A stretch of DNA of 64,000 bases from Bacilli bacterium (GTDB taxonomy: Bacteria; Bacillota_I; Bacilli_A; RFN20; CAG-288). The notes beneath the pieces are model-generated. The model saw nothing but the letters and a program-made list of their open reading frames with translations, ran no database searches and had not been told where the DNA came from. The stretch lies in NCBI GenBank assembly GCA_022652945.1, contig JALCRV010000005.1, forward strand, positions 83,512 through 147,511. The letters are read 5' to 3'. Numbering within the stretch: position 1 is the first letter of the stretch; each line of letters opens with the position of its first letter. This document shows positions 40,517-49,964 of the stretch, in pieces. Made by a program: the position numbers and the translations under genes.

Positions 40517-40963
40517 ATGTTTTCCAAGAATTATATCTATGCTCATACGATTAAGCCTCTTTACTGCAAGAAGATTCATGAAAAAGAAAATTATACCCTT
40601 CAGGATCTGAGGCAGATGCAGTACAATAAATGGAGCAGAGCCAAAGGCGTCTACTCCGGCAACTTCCTTCCTAAAGAGGAGAAGAAAGCCAGGCTCCTCA
40701 AGCAAGGATGGGTATATGAATTTCCGAAATATGCCCATACGGAGGGAGCGGACAAAAACATCGTTTACAAGTGTCTCCGCAACAACCAGTACGTCAGAGA
40801 ATGCCATGCAGAAAATCGCTTTCATTGGCATTGGTTGAATTGTTTTCTTGCAAAAGGCTTTACAGAGCATATGAGAGAGCTGAAGAAAAAACATTTGCCG
40901 AAATATCTTAATGAATATGGTGAGCCTTCCACCAACTGGAAAGATAACCATTTTTATAAATAA
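40517..40963 (+). CDS. Cassette gene A (copy 1): small basic Cys/His-containing protein of unknown function
   Basis: A 148-aa protein with a strong RBS (AAGGAGG). The first ~67 aa and the ~145 nt upstream are near-identical to copy 2 (A' at 43089). Conserved C-terminal residues are CLRNNQ, RFHWHW and N(E/D)YGE. Confidence 0.6.
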   Translation: MFSKNYIYAHTIKPLYCKKIHEKENYTLQDLRQMQYNKWSRAKGVYSGNFLPKEEKKARLLKQGWVYEFPKYAHTEGADKNIVYKCLRNNQYVRECHAENRFHWHWLNCFLAKGFTEHMRELKKKHLPKYLNEYGEPSTNWKDNHFYK

Positions 40964-40973
40964 AGGGGGGCAT

Positions 40974-41858
40974 ATGAAGCATCCGATAAACGAATATCCC
41001 GATTTCTTAACCGGAACCGAGGAAGATTCTATCGCAGATATAGATTATGATGCCGAAAAGCGCACTATCACAATTGTTATTCAGGTTGATTTAAACGAAT
41101 ATGACGGGCTTCCTCAAGAAAGCAATATTGTTTCATTGCTTGCCCCTAACGAAAAGGCACCATATCCCAATAATCTTTATGCAAAAATTATCTTTTATGA
41201 CGTTGATATTTTAAGCAGCCATTTTTTCGAAATACTGAATCACGAGAATGAAACAGGTTGGTACAATTGGATTTGGAGTGTTTCCTTTATAGACGGAGCT
41301 CCGATTTTCGATTTGGATCCTGAAGATTGGTCTAAAGATGAGCGCATAAAATTCAGAGCAAGTTCTTTTGAGTATTTATCATCAAAACAACCTGCGGAGA
41401 CCAAGCGCAAAGGTTTCAAAGTCAATAAAATACAATCGCAAGATTTAGAATGGCCCACTTTTTCGTTTACTTTATTTAAAGATTTTATGCCTGAGCCTAC
41501 TTGGAGCACTATCACAGCCTTTTCATATAATACGGACAAAGAAACAATTACCATGGTAGTAAGCCAGAACTGGAGATACATAAGCAAAAAAGCCGCTTCC
41601 GTTCTTGATAGGCCAGACAAAGAAGGCAGATGGGTGGAGGCTAAAATCAGATATTGCTTCCATCATGTAGTGATGTTGTCTAAAGAGAGCCAAAAGGTTT
41701 TTGAAGAATGGGAAAAAAGAGGATGGCAGATTGACATCTTCAGTTCAGAGTTTAAAAATGGAGTATATACATTCACCCCGAAGCCTATCATTTATGCTTT
41801 AAACAATCCGTCTATCTCTTTTACAGCCGAAACGTTCGAATATGGACTAGTATTCTAA
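40974..41858 (+). CDS. Cassette gene B (copy 1): protein of unknown function with an internal two-domain repeat
   Basis: About 294 aa from MKHPINEYPDF (RBS AAAGGGGGG). It is homologous to B' (43549-44409). Shared blocks are MKHPI.DYP.F, DYD..KRTIT and EAKIRYCFH.V.M.S..SQ.VF..WEK.GWQI, and both end FEYGLV. The two halves resemble each other (..KRTITIVIQ.. / ..KETITMVVSQ..). Confidence 0.55.
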   Translation: MKHPINEYPDFLTGTEEDSIADIDYDAEKRTITIVIQVDLNEYDGLPQESNIVSLLAPNEKAPYPNNLYAKIIFYDVDILSSHFFEILNHENETGWYNWIWSVSFIDGAPIFDLDPEDWSKDERIKFRASSFEYLSSKQPAETKRKGFKVNKIQSQDLEWPTFSFTLFKDFMPEPTWSTITAFSYNTDKETITMVVSQNWRYISKKAASVLDRPDKEGRWVEAKIRYCFHHVVMLSKESQKVFEEWEKRGWQIDIFSSEFKNGVYTFTPKPIIYALNNPSISFTAETFEYGLVF

Positions 41859-42000
41859 TTCTTATACATATCAATATAAAATCCCGCTCATTGTACTTAG
41901 CCTTTTTTCTAAGGAACTAAACAGTGACCAAGATTATAGGTACACATCCCAAAGGCCAAAAGAGAAGGACTTCCCCGCTCGTTAGACTAGGTGGCAACTT

Positions 42001-42132
42001 TTATTTCTTCTTTAGATTATCTTCCTTGCCAGTCATATTTTTTTTACGATAATAGTCCCAAATAGCAAACTGCTGCCTTCTTTTAGCTTCTTTGGTCATT
42101 CTGGACTTAGGCTGTTTTTTTCTCCCAAACAT
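42001..42132 (-). CDS. Small basic protein (43 aa), translationally coupled (TAATG) to the upstream 262-aa gene
   Basis: MFGRKKQPKSRMTKEAKRRQQFAIWDYYRKKNMTGKEDNLKKK. GGAGG lies 9 nt upstream of the ATG, and the ATG overlaps the TAA of the 42132-42920 ORF. Confidence 0.4.
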   Translation of the reverse strand: MFGRKKQPKSRMTKEAKRRQQFAIWDYYRKKNMTGKEDNLKKK

Positions 42133-42920
42133 TATTTTGACCTCCATTCTTCAGATTTATATTCAGCTTTAAGGTTGTATAGGTTGCACTCAATGAAATC
42201 ATCCGCCTCTTTGATTATTTCCTTGATAGATTCATTCTTTTCATCTTTTAGAACATAAGGCGCCTCAATATCATTGATGCTGAATATCGCTAAAGTGTCC
42301 TTCCCATCGGACAAAATACCAGCGATGATGTTATCTTGGACCGGTCCGTTAAGAGCTTTGCTAACCAGCGGGATCATTTCAACTTTGATTCCGTTTGCTC
42401 TAAAGCAATAAAGCCTTTGATTCTCAACCGCGAAATAAAAGTTCTTAAGTGATTTATAAAAAATAATCTGCTGTCTTTTATATTCTGGAAGGCGCGAATA
42501 CTCATTTAACATCGAGCGAAAACAACTAGAGACACTTGTGTCCATGATTCTGGCTTCATTCATAGCAATCTCGTCAAATACGGCCAGGTTCTCATTCAAG
42601 GGCCTTACGGAAAGTTGACCTGCAGTTTTATAATCTTCTTCATCATCGAAATAAACAGAGTCAAAAATTTCTTCCAAGTCTACCAGCATTTTTCGAAAAA
42701 GTTCACTATTAAGCCCCAACGCACTTTTTCTCTCTATCAGGTTTTCAATCTTCGCTCGTCTTTCTTTTCTAATATCTAACAGGGATGGAATGATACTGTT
42801 CAAAAGACCGTTTATATTTGGCCTGCCTTTTTTTAAATACTTTAAAGGAAAATACTTGCAGGCATCGTTATTAAGAACAGATAAGACTGTCTCACTTATT
42901 GTCACATTAATCTTGTCCAT
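42132..42920 (-). CDS. Hypothetical protein (262 aa) between the two cassette copies
   Basis: A clean ORF with no recognisable motifs. It is oriented opposite to the cassette genes. Confidence 0.45.
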   Translation of the reverse strand: MDKINVTISETVLSVLNNDACKYFPLKYLKKGRPNINGLLNSIIPSLLDIRKERRAKIENLIERKSALGLNSELFRKMLVDLEEIFDSVYFDDEEDYKTAGQLSVRPLNENLAVFDEIAMNEARIMDTSVSSCFRSMLNEYSRLPEYKRQQIIFYKSLKNFYFAVENQRLYCFRANGIKVEMIPLVSKALNGPVQDNIIAGILSDGKDTLAIFSINDIEAPYVLKDEKNESIKEIIKEADDFIECNLYNLKAEYKSEEWRSK

Positions 42921-43088
42921 CCATAAGGCTCCATTAAATTAATGGTATAGTTTTGTCCCTATTTTTTCAACAAATATTTAAAATATTTAGCCAATTTAAG
43001 TCGTTTTATGTGCCTATCATTCTTGATTTAAACAGTCATTTTTAATAATTAACAGCCGCCTCATAATTAAACCAAGGAGGAAAAAAAC

Positions 43089-43535
43089 ATGTTTTCCAAG
43101 AATTATATCTATGCTCATACGATTAAGCCCCTTTACTGCAAGAAGATCCACGAAAAAGAAAATTATACCCTTCAGGATCTGAGGCAGATGCAGTACAATA
43201 AATGGAGCAGGGCCAAAGGGATTTATTCGGGCAACTTCCTTCCTAAAGAGGAGAAGAAAGCCAAGCTCCTCAAGCAAGGATGGGTGTACTTAAACCCGGA
43301 GCATAATGACACGCCAAAGGCAAAATGCCACGCCGATTACAAATGCCTAAGAAACAACCAGCATATCAGATAATGCAATGCGGGAGGCCGCTTCCACTGG
43401 CATTGGTTCAACTTTTTTAAGCCTAGTGGTTTCATCGAATGGAGAAGACAATTCAGCGATAAGAGCAAAATTGAGTGTCTAAATGATTATGGAGAGGTTG
43501 AAACAGACCCTAAAAAGAATCATTTATATAGATAA
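43089..43535 (+). pseudogene. Cassette gene A' (copy 2) with a single in-frame TAA (nonsense) at 43371-43373
   Basis: The frame from 43089 runs 447 nt, the same length as gene A, to a TAA at 43533. One internal TAA sits where copy 1 has GAA (Glu): ...CLRNNQHIR*CNAGGRFHWHWFN... versus ...CLRNNQYVRECHAENRFHWHWLN... Homology to A continues after the stop (RFHWHW, NDYGE, KNHLY). Confidence 0.6.
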
Positions 43536-43548
43536 AGGAGACAAAATA

Positions 43549-44409
43549 ATGAAACATCCAATTTGCGATTATCCTAAGTTCATGCCGGGAAGTGGCGATG
43601 ATGATCTTATGGATTTCGATTATGATGAGAAGAAAAGAACAATTACAATGTTGCTTTCCATAGATACTATTTTCTTGAATCCAGACATTAAAAAAGCCTT
43701 AGGATCTAAGATCTCCATCACGGGAGATACTTATGTGTTAATTACCTTCTACGATATTGATATCGTCAGCAGGGATTTCAAAAAGATCATCGGATACCTT
43801 GATAAAATCAAATACTTTGTCTTTTTCGATTCGGTTGGCTTTTCCGATGGTTGCCCATCATTTGATATTGATTTCCAAGGCCTTGACTGGGACGGGCCGA
43901 TGATCATCAGATTTCATGCTTCATCATTTGAATATAAGAAATCAAAAAGACACAAATTGATTAAGCACTTTGATTTCAGCAAGCTCCCTCATGATAAAGA
44001 GCCGCTTGTCATCAAGACATCTGATATTGCTGACTACAAACCTAGCGGGCCCGCCTGCTATTTGAATGCGTTCAGTTTTAATGAGCGAAAGAAGACAATG
44101 ACCATGGTGATCAATTCCACATGGCACGACTTGTCCGAAAAAGCATTTTCGGCTCTTGGACGTCCTGAAATGAAAGGACGTTATATAGAAGCCAAAATCA
44201 GGTACTGCTTCCACAATGTGGAAATGACCAGCCCTAACAGCCAAGAGGTTTTCGATGCATGGGAAAAGGTTGGCTGGCAGATATGCTATTACAATATTTT
44301 GATTGAGAACGGGCAATTGACTTTGGTCTTCCCTAATCCCATTGATGAACAAAAAGTGGATGAGATTAGTTTCAAGTCAGACGTCTTTGAATACGGGCTT
44401 GTTGAATAA
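43549..44409 (+). CDS. Cassette gene B' (copy 2), a paralog of B
   Basis: About 286 aa from MKHPICDYPKF (RBS AAAGGAGA). It is roughly 40% identical to B by eye, with the same conserved blocks and C-terminal FEYGLVE. Confidence 0.55.
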   Translation: MKHPICDYPKFMPGSGDDDLMDFDYDEKKRTITMLLSIDTIFLNPDIKKALGSKISITGDTYVLITFYDIDIVSRDFKKIIGYLDKIKYFVFFDSVGFSDGCPSFDIDFQGLDWDGPMIIRFHASSFEYKKSKRHKLIKHFDFSKLPHDKEPLVIKTSDIADYKPSGPACYLNAFSFNERKKTMTMVINSTWHDLSEKAFSALGRPEMKGRYIEAKIRYCFHNVEMTSPNSQEVFDAWEKVGWQICYYNILIENGQLTLVFPNPIDEQKVDEISFKSDVFEYGLVE

Positions 44410-44783
44410 CTTTCTTAGCCAACATATGGGTCATCAATAAAGCATAAGATATGATTTTTTGATGGAATAATTCATTAAAAAGCAAAAGTATCTTTAAAAT
44501 GCTCAATAGTGTCCTCTCACTGATAATCACATTTGTCTTCATATATGTTTTGATGTAATTGTGGTTTATCTTTGGCTTTTTCAAAAACCAATTTAATATC
44601 AGTAAAGATTGAATGTAGATATTACACATTTATCTAAAATCTAACTCGCACGGTTTCTCATCTTAGGTATACTTTTATAGCAAAAAAACTTTTCGTCATC
44701 CAAAGTCTGTAACAGAAAAAGTTGTTGTTTTCTTAGGCCTTAATTGATCAATGAAGTTTTCGAATCTATTTTAAAAGAGTCTT

Positions 44784-45611
44784 TTATTCCTCAAGCTTGT
44801 GGAATTCATCCCGGCGGCTGACAAAGTCATCTAAGACATCATCGTAACAGGTTATCTTAAGTTCTGAATGGACTTGTTCAACCATCCAGGGCTTGATGTT
44901 TCTTAAATGAGGGAACGGAAGCCAGATAAAAGTTTTCGGGAAGTGCTTAATAACCGTATCTGGTTGAACCTTACCCTGCTGATTATATTTCATCGGTAAG
45001 GTCACATGGTTTTTAACGTAATAATTCAAGGCATCCTGATCAGGCATGAAAGAAAGATTATGGAGGATAAAATGCCGGCACTTTTCAAATAAACCGGTCT
45101 TCCTTACTTCCGACATATTAAAAAGCATAACTCCGGAATTCATGTACCAGCGGTGAAGCCAGACGGAGCCGACCATATCCAAGGCCGCTGCGAATTCCTT
45201 CCCCTCCAAATCTGTCTGATATAAACTCGAGATATCTTTAGCAATCAAGGTATCCGCATCAAGATAAAGGATCTTATCCGGAATCTCCGGGATCAGATCA
45301 GCGAACAATCTCAGCATGGCATAAGGGGTATAGACCGATTTTAGATTGACACTTTTTTCCATGTAGCCAATAAATACTTGGCTCGCATCGATGACTTTAA
45401 GGCAGGAACCATCGTGACGTTCTTGAAGGATGTTATTTATATATTCCGCCTTCTTGGATGATATTTTCTTAAAGGAAGGGTTTTCTTGAATTAAATCCAT
45501 CGTTAAAAAATAAACCGTCACCGGCTCTTTATTATGTTTCAGATATGAAAGGACAATTATCAGTAGACCGTCTGCGACCTTGTCATTTCCGCTGATCATC
45601 AAGTTGATCAT
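44784..45611 (-). CDS. Glycosyltransferase family 8 protein
   Basis: The DxD motif context is present (ILYLDADTLIAKDISSLY). The N-terminal region (GLLIIVLSYLKHNKEPVTVYFLTMDL) and the C-terminus are GT8-like. The product is 275 aa. Confidence 0.7.
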   Translation of the reverse strand: MINLMISGNDKVADGLLIIVLSYLKHNKEPVTVYFLTMDLIQENPSFKKISSKKAEYINNILQERHDGSCLKVIDASQVFIGYMEKSVNLKSVYTPYAMLRLFADLIPEIPDKILYLDADTLIAKDISSLYQTDLEGKEFAAALDMVGSVWLHRWYMNSGVMLFNMSEVRKTGLFEKCRHFILHNLSFMPDQDALNYYVKNHVTLPMKYNQQGKVQPDTVIKHFPKTFIWLPFPHLRNIKPWMVEQVHSELKITCYDDVLDDFVSRRDEFHKLEE

Positions 45612-45742
45612 TCTAATCCTGCTTTCCTTTTTTCTGCAGATAAATCTTTAGGAACAGTTTAATGATACTTAAAAAGCAAACTTAAGTAAACCCAGCCCCA
45701 TTCAAGCTATAATATTAACGAAAAGAAAGAAGGAAGAAAAAT

Positions 45743-46309
45743 ATGGAAGACATCAAGGGTTTAATGCTTCTCGCGGATGGAGTCGAGGAGACCGAAGCGG
45801 TCAGCGCTCACGATATCCTGACCAGAGCCGGAATCAGCCTCACTCCCGTTTCAATTAAAGACTGTCATCGTATCCACACCTCGATGGGTATGACTATCCG
45901 CGTAGATACAAGATTAAAAGATTTTGAAGATCTTTCCGCTTTTGATTTCCTGATTCTCCCGGGCGGAAAACTCGGTGTGACTAACTTAAAGAAATCCAAA
46001 GCCGCCATTAACTGCATCAAATACTTCCACGATAACAAGAAGCTTCTCTGCGCCATCTGCGCGGCCCCTTCAATCCTCGGAGAATTAGGTTACCTCGATA
46101 ACAAGAAATTCACCTGCTTCCCCGGCTTTGAAGTCGGTAAAGGCATCAAAGATGATGCGACCGGTGTAGCCGAAGATGAATTATTGATCACGGGAAGATC
46201 CATGTATTTCACCATTCCCTTCGCTGAAAGAATCGTAAAGCATTATTTAGGTCAGGCTGGAGTCGATAAGATTTATCACGGAACCCGTGGTGCGGACTTA
46301 AAGGCCTAA
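45743..46309 (+). CDS. DJ-1/PfpI (ThiJ) family protein
   Basis: LLADGVEETEAVSAHDIL, DFLILPGG and LLCAICAAPSILGELG (the nucleophile-elbow Cys) are present. Two hairpin terminators follow at 46326-46359 (+) and 46368-46392 (-). Confidence 0.8.
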   Translation: MEDIKGLMLLADGVEETEAVSAHDILTRAGISLTPVSIKDCHRIHTSMGMTIRVDTRLKDFEDLSAFDFLILPGGKLGVTNLKKSKAAINCIKYFHDNKKLLCAICAAPSILGELGYLDNKKFTCFPGFEVGKGIKDDATGVAEDELLITGRSMYFTIPFAERIVKHYLGQAGVDKIYHGTRGADLKA

Positions 46310-46405
46310 GCATCAAAAATCTTAGCGAAAAGCGAGAGATTCGTTCCCTCGCTTTTTTTAATTGAAAAAGCCGGGCTTTTATTCCCGGCTTTGAAGGTGA
46401 TTTAC

Positions 46406-46963
46406 TTACTTTCCTAACAGATGATCGTATTCGGCGATTTCTTCTTTATCGGGGACATAGACATAAGGAACATTCCGATAAAGCTCATTGTAATCAAGTC
46501 CGTATCCCATCAAGAACTTATTCTCATTCATGACGGTTCCACAGTAGTCGGTCTTGACCTCGACTTTACGTAAGAAAGTCTTATCGATTAAAGCGACGAT
46601 GATGACTTCTTTCGGATGATATTTCGAAACGATGTAGTTTTTCAGGTAATGCATCGAATAACCGGTATCGATGACATCTTCGACGATTACGACTGTTTTG
46701 TCTTTAACATCGAGAGTCAGATCTTTCTTCAGATTGATAATCCCGGTTGAAGCGGTGCCGGAATAAGAAGAAATCTGGATATAATCAGTTAAGATAGGCA
46801 GGTCGATCTGTTTAATCAGATCCATCATGAAATTCAGCCCGCCTTTCATGACACCGACGAAAACAGGAAGGCTTCCTTCCTTTTTAAGCCTGGTGTTTAA
46901 CTCTCCTCCGATCCTAACGCAGATCTCATGGAGCTCTTTTTCAGAAAGGATGACTTGACGCAT
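46406..46963 (-). CDS. hpt: Hypoxanthine phosphoribosyltransferase
   Basis: The PRPP-binding motif VVIVEDVIDTGYSM is present, and the 185-aa product shows Hpt-like similarity throughout. Confidence 0.85.
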   Translation of the reverse strand: MRQVILSEKELHEICVRIGGELNTRLKKEGSLPVFVGVMKGGLNFMMDLIKQIDLPILTDYIQISSYSGTASTGIINLKKDLTLDVKDKTVVIVEDVIDTGYSMHYLKNYIVSKYHPKEVIIVALIDKTFLRKVEVKTDYCGTVMNENKFLMGYGLDYNELYRNVPYVYVPDKEEIAEYDHLLGK

Positions 46964-47194
46964 AATGATAACCCCCTTCGTTATTGAATAAATTAATTAT
47001 ACGTTATATGAACTATGTTACCACTTGCTTAAGACAGAAGAAAACGCTTACTTAGGTAAAAAAGGAATTTTGTTATGTGGCAAACTAAAAGCAAAATAAT
47101 TTCAGCTTCCAACCGAAGCGACAATATTACCTATGCTTCGCCGGCCTTAATTTATCACCCGACAAGGGATATTTTTAAGTGCTCTGGTGGATTC

Positions 47195-47285
47195 CGTTTA
47201 AGTGTTTGGGTCAATTTCGTTTAAGTGTTTGGGTCGAATATTTTTAAGTGTTTGGGTCAATTCCGTTTAAGTGTTTGGGTGAAGT
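47195..47285. repeat. Four iteron-like direct repeats (~23-bp period) of CGTTTAAGTGTTTGGGTCAAT
   Basis: cgtttaagtgtttgggtcaat (47195), cgtttaagtgtttgggtcgaat (47219), tttttaagtgtttgggtcaat (47242), cgtttaagtgtttgggtgaag (47265), plus a partial TTTTAAGTGC at 47173. They sit in a 1.1-kb non-coding gap between hpt and the UmuC-like gene. Confidence 0.8.
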
Positions 47286-48044
47286 TCCTATGAGTTTAGG
47301 AGCCTGAAGCAGTCTACAAAGATTCTTTTCGACAATAAATCACCACTTCTCTTTATCAAGGAAAGTTTTAAAGATAGCAAGCCTAAAAGTTTCAATTAAT
47401 TTATGTTTATGGGACTAAAGAGCTCGCAGGTAAATGATTCCAGCGGCAAAAGAAAAAATCGCGCCTTAGACATACCGAATATGAGCCGGCCGTTTTAATC
47501 AATTGAGTTGCCTAGCCCTATATAGAAATGCAATCAGTATCTTTCAGATAAATTTCATATAGTACCCTTCAGATTTTGATTTTCGTCGTTAAACGTCCAA
47601 GATGTTTCCCACCAATTTTATGCCATCTTCAAAATTCAAAATCTCTGATACAAAAACCGCTCAGTCCAGACTCATTCATGTTTTCAAATAGTCCGTTTTC
47701 AATGAGCACAGTTGAGCTTTTCAGCGCAAATAGAAAGTGTTTTAGGTACAACAATCAGGTCTCTTTCTAAGTACTTCATTCATTTACATCATCGCTTTCT
47801 TTATATCGTTGTTTTTTTCATTCTTTTTCATCATCAATCAAGTTCTAAAATTTTTTAAACAAATGTCAAAATCCAAAATCCGATTACTAATTAATAACTA
47901 CCATCCTTTCATTTGAGCCTCTTTAAAAGAGACAACTTTCCCAACCTTAAAAGCACCTTGTCAGGGTAAATATTTACATCGGATTTACATCCCCAAAATG
48001 CCCTTCCGGCTTGTTATAATCTTCACTACAAAGAGGACGGGCAG

Positions 48045-49301
48045 ATGAAAGATAGCACTAAAGAAAGGACAATCTTAGCAATCGATTTGAAAAGTTTCTA
48101 CGCCTCGGTCGAATGTATCGACCGGGGGTTAGATCCTTTCTCAACCCCTTTAGTCGTCTGCGATTTAACCCGTGGCCAAGGCACGATTATCCTAGCGGTC
48201 TCCCCTTATCTTAAGACTCTAGGTATCCCTTCTAGATTAAGGCTTTATGACCTGTCGAAAGTGGAAGGGATGATCTACGCCACCCCCAGGATGGAACGTT
48301 ATATTCAAAAAAGCGTCGAGGTCCTTTCGATCTATCTTAATTACGTCAGCGAAGAGGATATGCACGTCTACTCCGTTGATGAGGCCTTCTTAGATGTCAC
48401 TTCCTACCTGAAAGCTGCTAAGACCGATAAAATCGGCTACGCCAGAAGGATTATCAAAGAGATCAGAAAGAAGACTGGCTTAACGGTCACCGCCGGCATC
48501 GGGCCTAATCTTTTCGTCGCTAAAGCCGCGATGGATGTCGAAGCGAAACACAATAAGGACTTCCTCGCCAGTTGGGAAATCAAAGATCTACCTCAAAAAC
48601 TCTGGCCCTTGTCTCCGCTTTCTAAAATGTGGGGCATCGGCAGCCGGATGGAAAAAAGACTTAATGATCTAGGCTTTTATACCGTCGGCGACATCGCTGT
48701 CTCTTCCCCGGACTTTCTAAAGAACAGGTTTGGAGTAATCGGGGAGGAAATCTACCTGCACGCTAATGGAATCGATGATGCTTTAATCCAGAAGCCTTAC
48801 GTTCCCGCTTCCGCTTCCTTGGCGGTCGGACAGACTCTATTTAAAGACTATACCGGCGAGGAGGCTAAATTGATCCTGAATGAATCCCTCGATGAATTGA
48901 TGCTGAGACTTCATAAGGAGAATAAGTTAGCTTCCGGTATCAGTCTCTGGATCGGCTATTCAGTTTATGGAGGATTTGCTAAAGGGATGAGATTTAATCA
49001 GCCGACGGCTAAAAGAGCGGAATTTAAAGAGGCAATCGAAGTCCTCTTCAGCCGCTATTACGACAGCCGCTTTACAATCCGTAACGTCTCCTTAGCGGCT
49101 TACGGGCTTATCGAGAACGATTATGAGCAGCTCTCGTTATTTACTTCACCTGAAAAGAAAGACGATGAGCAGGCCTTAGACGAGGCCTTAAAAGAAGTGA
49201 GAAAGCTTTACGGGCTGAAAAGCCTCTGCCGCGCTTCCGCCTTACTAAATTATTCGACCGTTTTAAGAAGAGACAACCAGATTGGAGGACATCGTAAATG
49301 A
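48045..49301 (+). CDS. Y-family DNA polymerase (UmuC/UvrX-like)
   Basis: ILAIDLKSFYASVECIDRGLDPFSTPLVVCD is the Y-family palm motif (the DxD of the IMS domain). The 418-aa product is followed by a YolD-like gene, as with uvrX-yolD in B. subtilis. Confidence 0.8.
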   Translation: MKDSTKERTILAIDLKSFYASVECIDRGLDPFSTPLVVCDLTRGQGTIILAVSPYLKTLGIPSRLRLYDLSKVEGMIYATPRMERYIQKSVEVLSIYLNYVSEEDMHVYSVDEAFLDVTSYLKAAKTDKIGYARRIIKEIRKKTGLTVTAGIGPNLFVAKAAMDVEAKHNKDFLASWEIKDLPQKLWPLSPLSKMWGIGSRMEKRLNDLGFYTVGDIAVSSPDFLKNRFGVIGEEIYLHANGIDDALIQKPYVPASASLAVGQTLFKDYTGEEAKLILNESLDELMLRLHKENKLASGISLWIGYSVYGGFAKGMRFNQPTAKRAEFKEAIEVLFSRYYDSRFTIRNVSLAAYGLIENDYEQLSLFTSPEKKDDEQALDEALKEVRKLYGLKSLCRASALLNYSTVLRRDNQIGGHRK

Positions 49302-49609
49302 ACGAAAGAGGAATGAAGAAGTGGAGGCCTTTTGCTGCCCTTCCCCAATATAAGGATTACTATAAAGACATGCTTGAAGAACGAAAGAAGGTTCCTAAGC
49401 CCCTTATTTCCGAGGACCAAGCCGAGGAAATCGGCATGGTCTTAGGTAAGTTAGTTAAAGGCGATCGGATTTCCCTTTCATATTTTAATAACGGAAGGAT
49501 TTTGTCTTATGAAGGCGAATTTATCAAGCTTGATATCGCCTCTCGGCTTCTATTCGCTTCGGAGCTTTCCTTAAGTTTTGACAATCTCTTAAAGATAAGA
49601 CAGAATTAG
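49298..49609 (+). CDS. YolD-like protein (putative UmuD-like accessory subunit)
   Basis: A 103-aa protein. The ATGA overlap with the polymerase stop points to translational coupling. The size and position match YolD-family partners of UmuC-like polymerases. Confidence 0.55.
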   Translation: MNERGMKKWRPFAALPQYKDYYKDMLEERKKVPKPLISEDQAEEIGMVLGKLVKGDRISLSYFNNGRILSYEGEFIKLDIASRLLFASELSLSFDNLLKIRQN

Positions 49610-49635
49610 ATTAATTCTGAAAGAAGGAAATAAAA

Positions 49636-49917
49636 ATGAGAACTAAGAAAACAGATAAGACAACTTTAAATAAAAAGATACCCTTAAGGCCTTTGACTCC
49701 AAAGATCCTGATCGATCATCGGACTGGCAAAGTGCCCGTCTGGGCTAGCGTTAAAGAAAAGCAGGAGATGATTCTGATCCATGAGAAAGAAAAGAACTGC
49801 TACACGTTTTATCTTAAGGATTTCCCCGATCAAAGAATCTCCTTCCCTAACGAGGAAGAAGCGACAAAGCAAGCTGATGAATACTTAAAAGAAGGCTATA
49901 AGGTAACAAGGATTTAA
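49636..49917 (+). CDS. Hypothetical protein (93 aa)
   Basis: A good RBS (AAGGAA) is present. A bidirectional hairpin terminator follows at 49926-49950. Confidence 0.4.
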   Translation: MRTKKTDKTTLNKKIPLRPLTPKILIDHRTGKVPVWASVKEKQEMILIHEKEKNCYTFYLKDFPDQRISFPNEEEATKQADEYLKEGYKVTRI

Positions 49918-49964
49918 AAAAGGCCCTTAAAGGCCTTTATGCTGAATGTCTGATAAGCAGCTCC

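Noticed and set aside
44372-44629. 85-aa minus-strand ORF in the AT-rich gap after cassette gene B'
   Set aside because: Low-complexity AT-rich sequence. No RBS and no recognisable protein features. Likely non-coding.
47576-47770. 64-aa plus-strand ORF in the hpt/UmuC-like intergenic region
   Set aside because: No RBS, and the translation is low-complexity. The region more plausibly holds regulatory or iteron DNA.
47800-48044. Searched for a LexA/Cheo box (GAAC-N4-GTTC) upstream of the UmuC-like polymerase
   Set aside because: No match was seen. Only a TGtTATAAT extended -10 is present, so SOS control cannot be claimed from the sequence.
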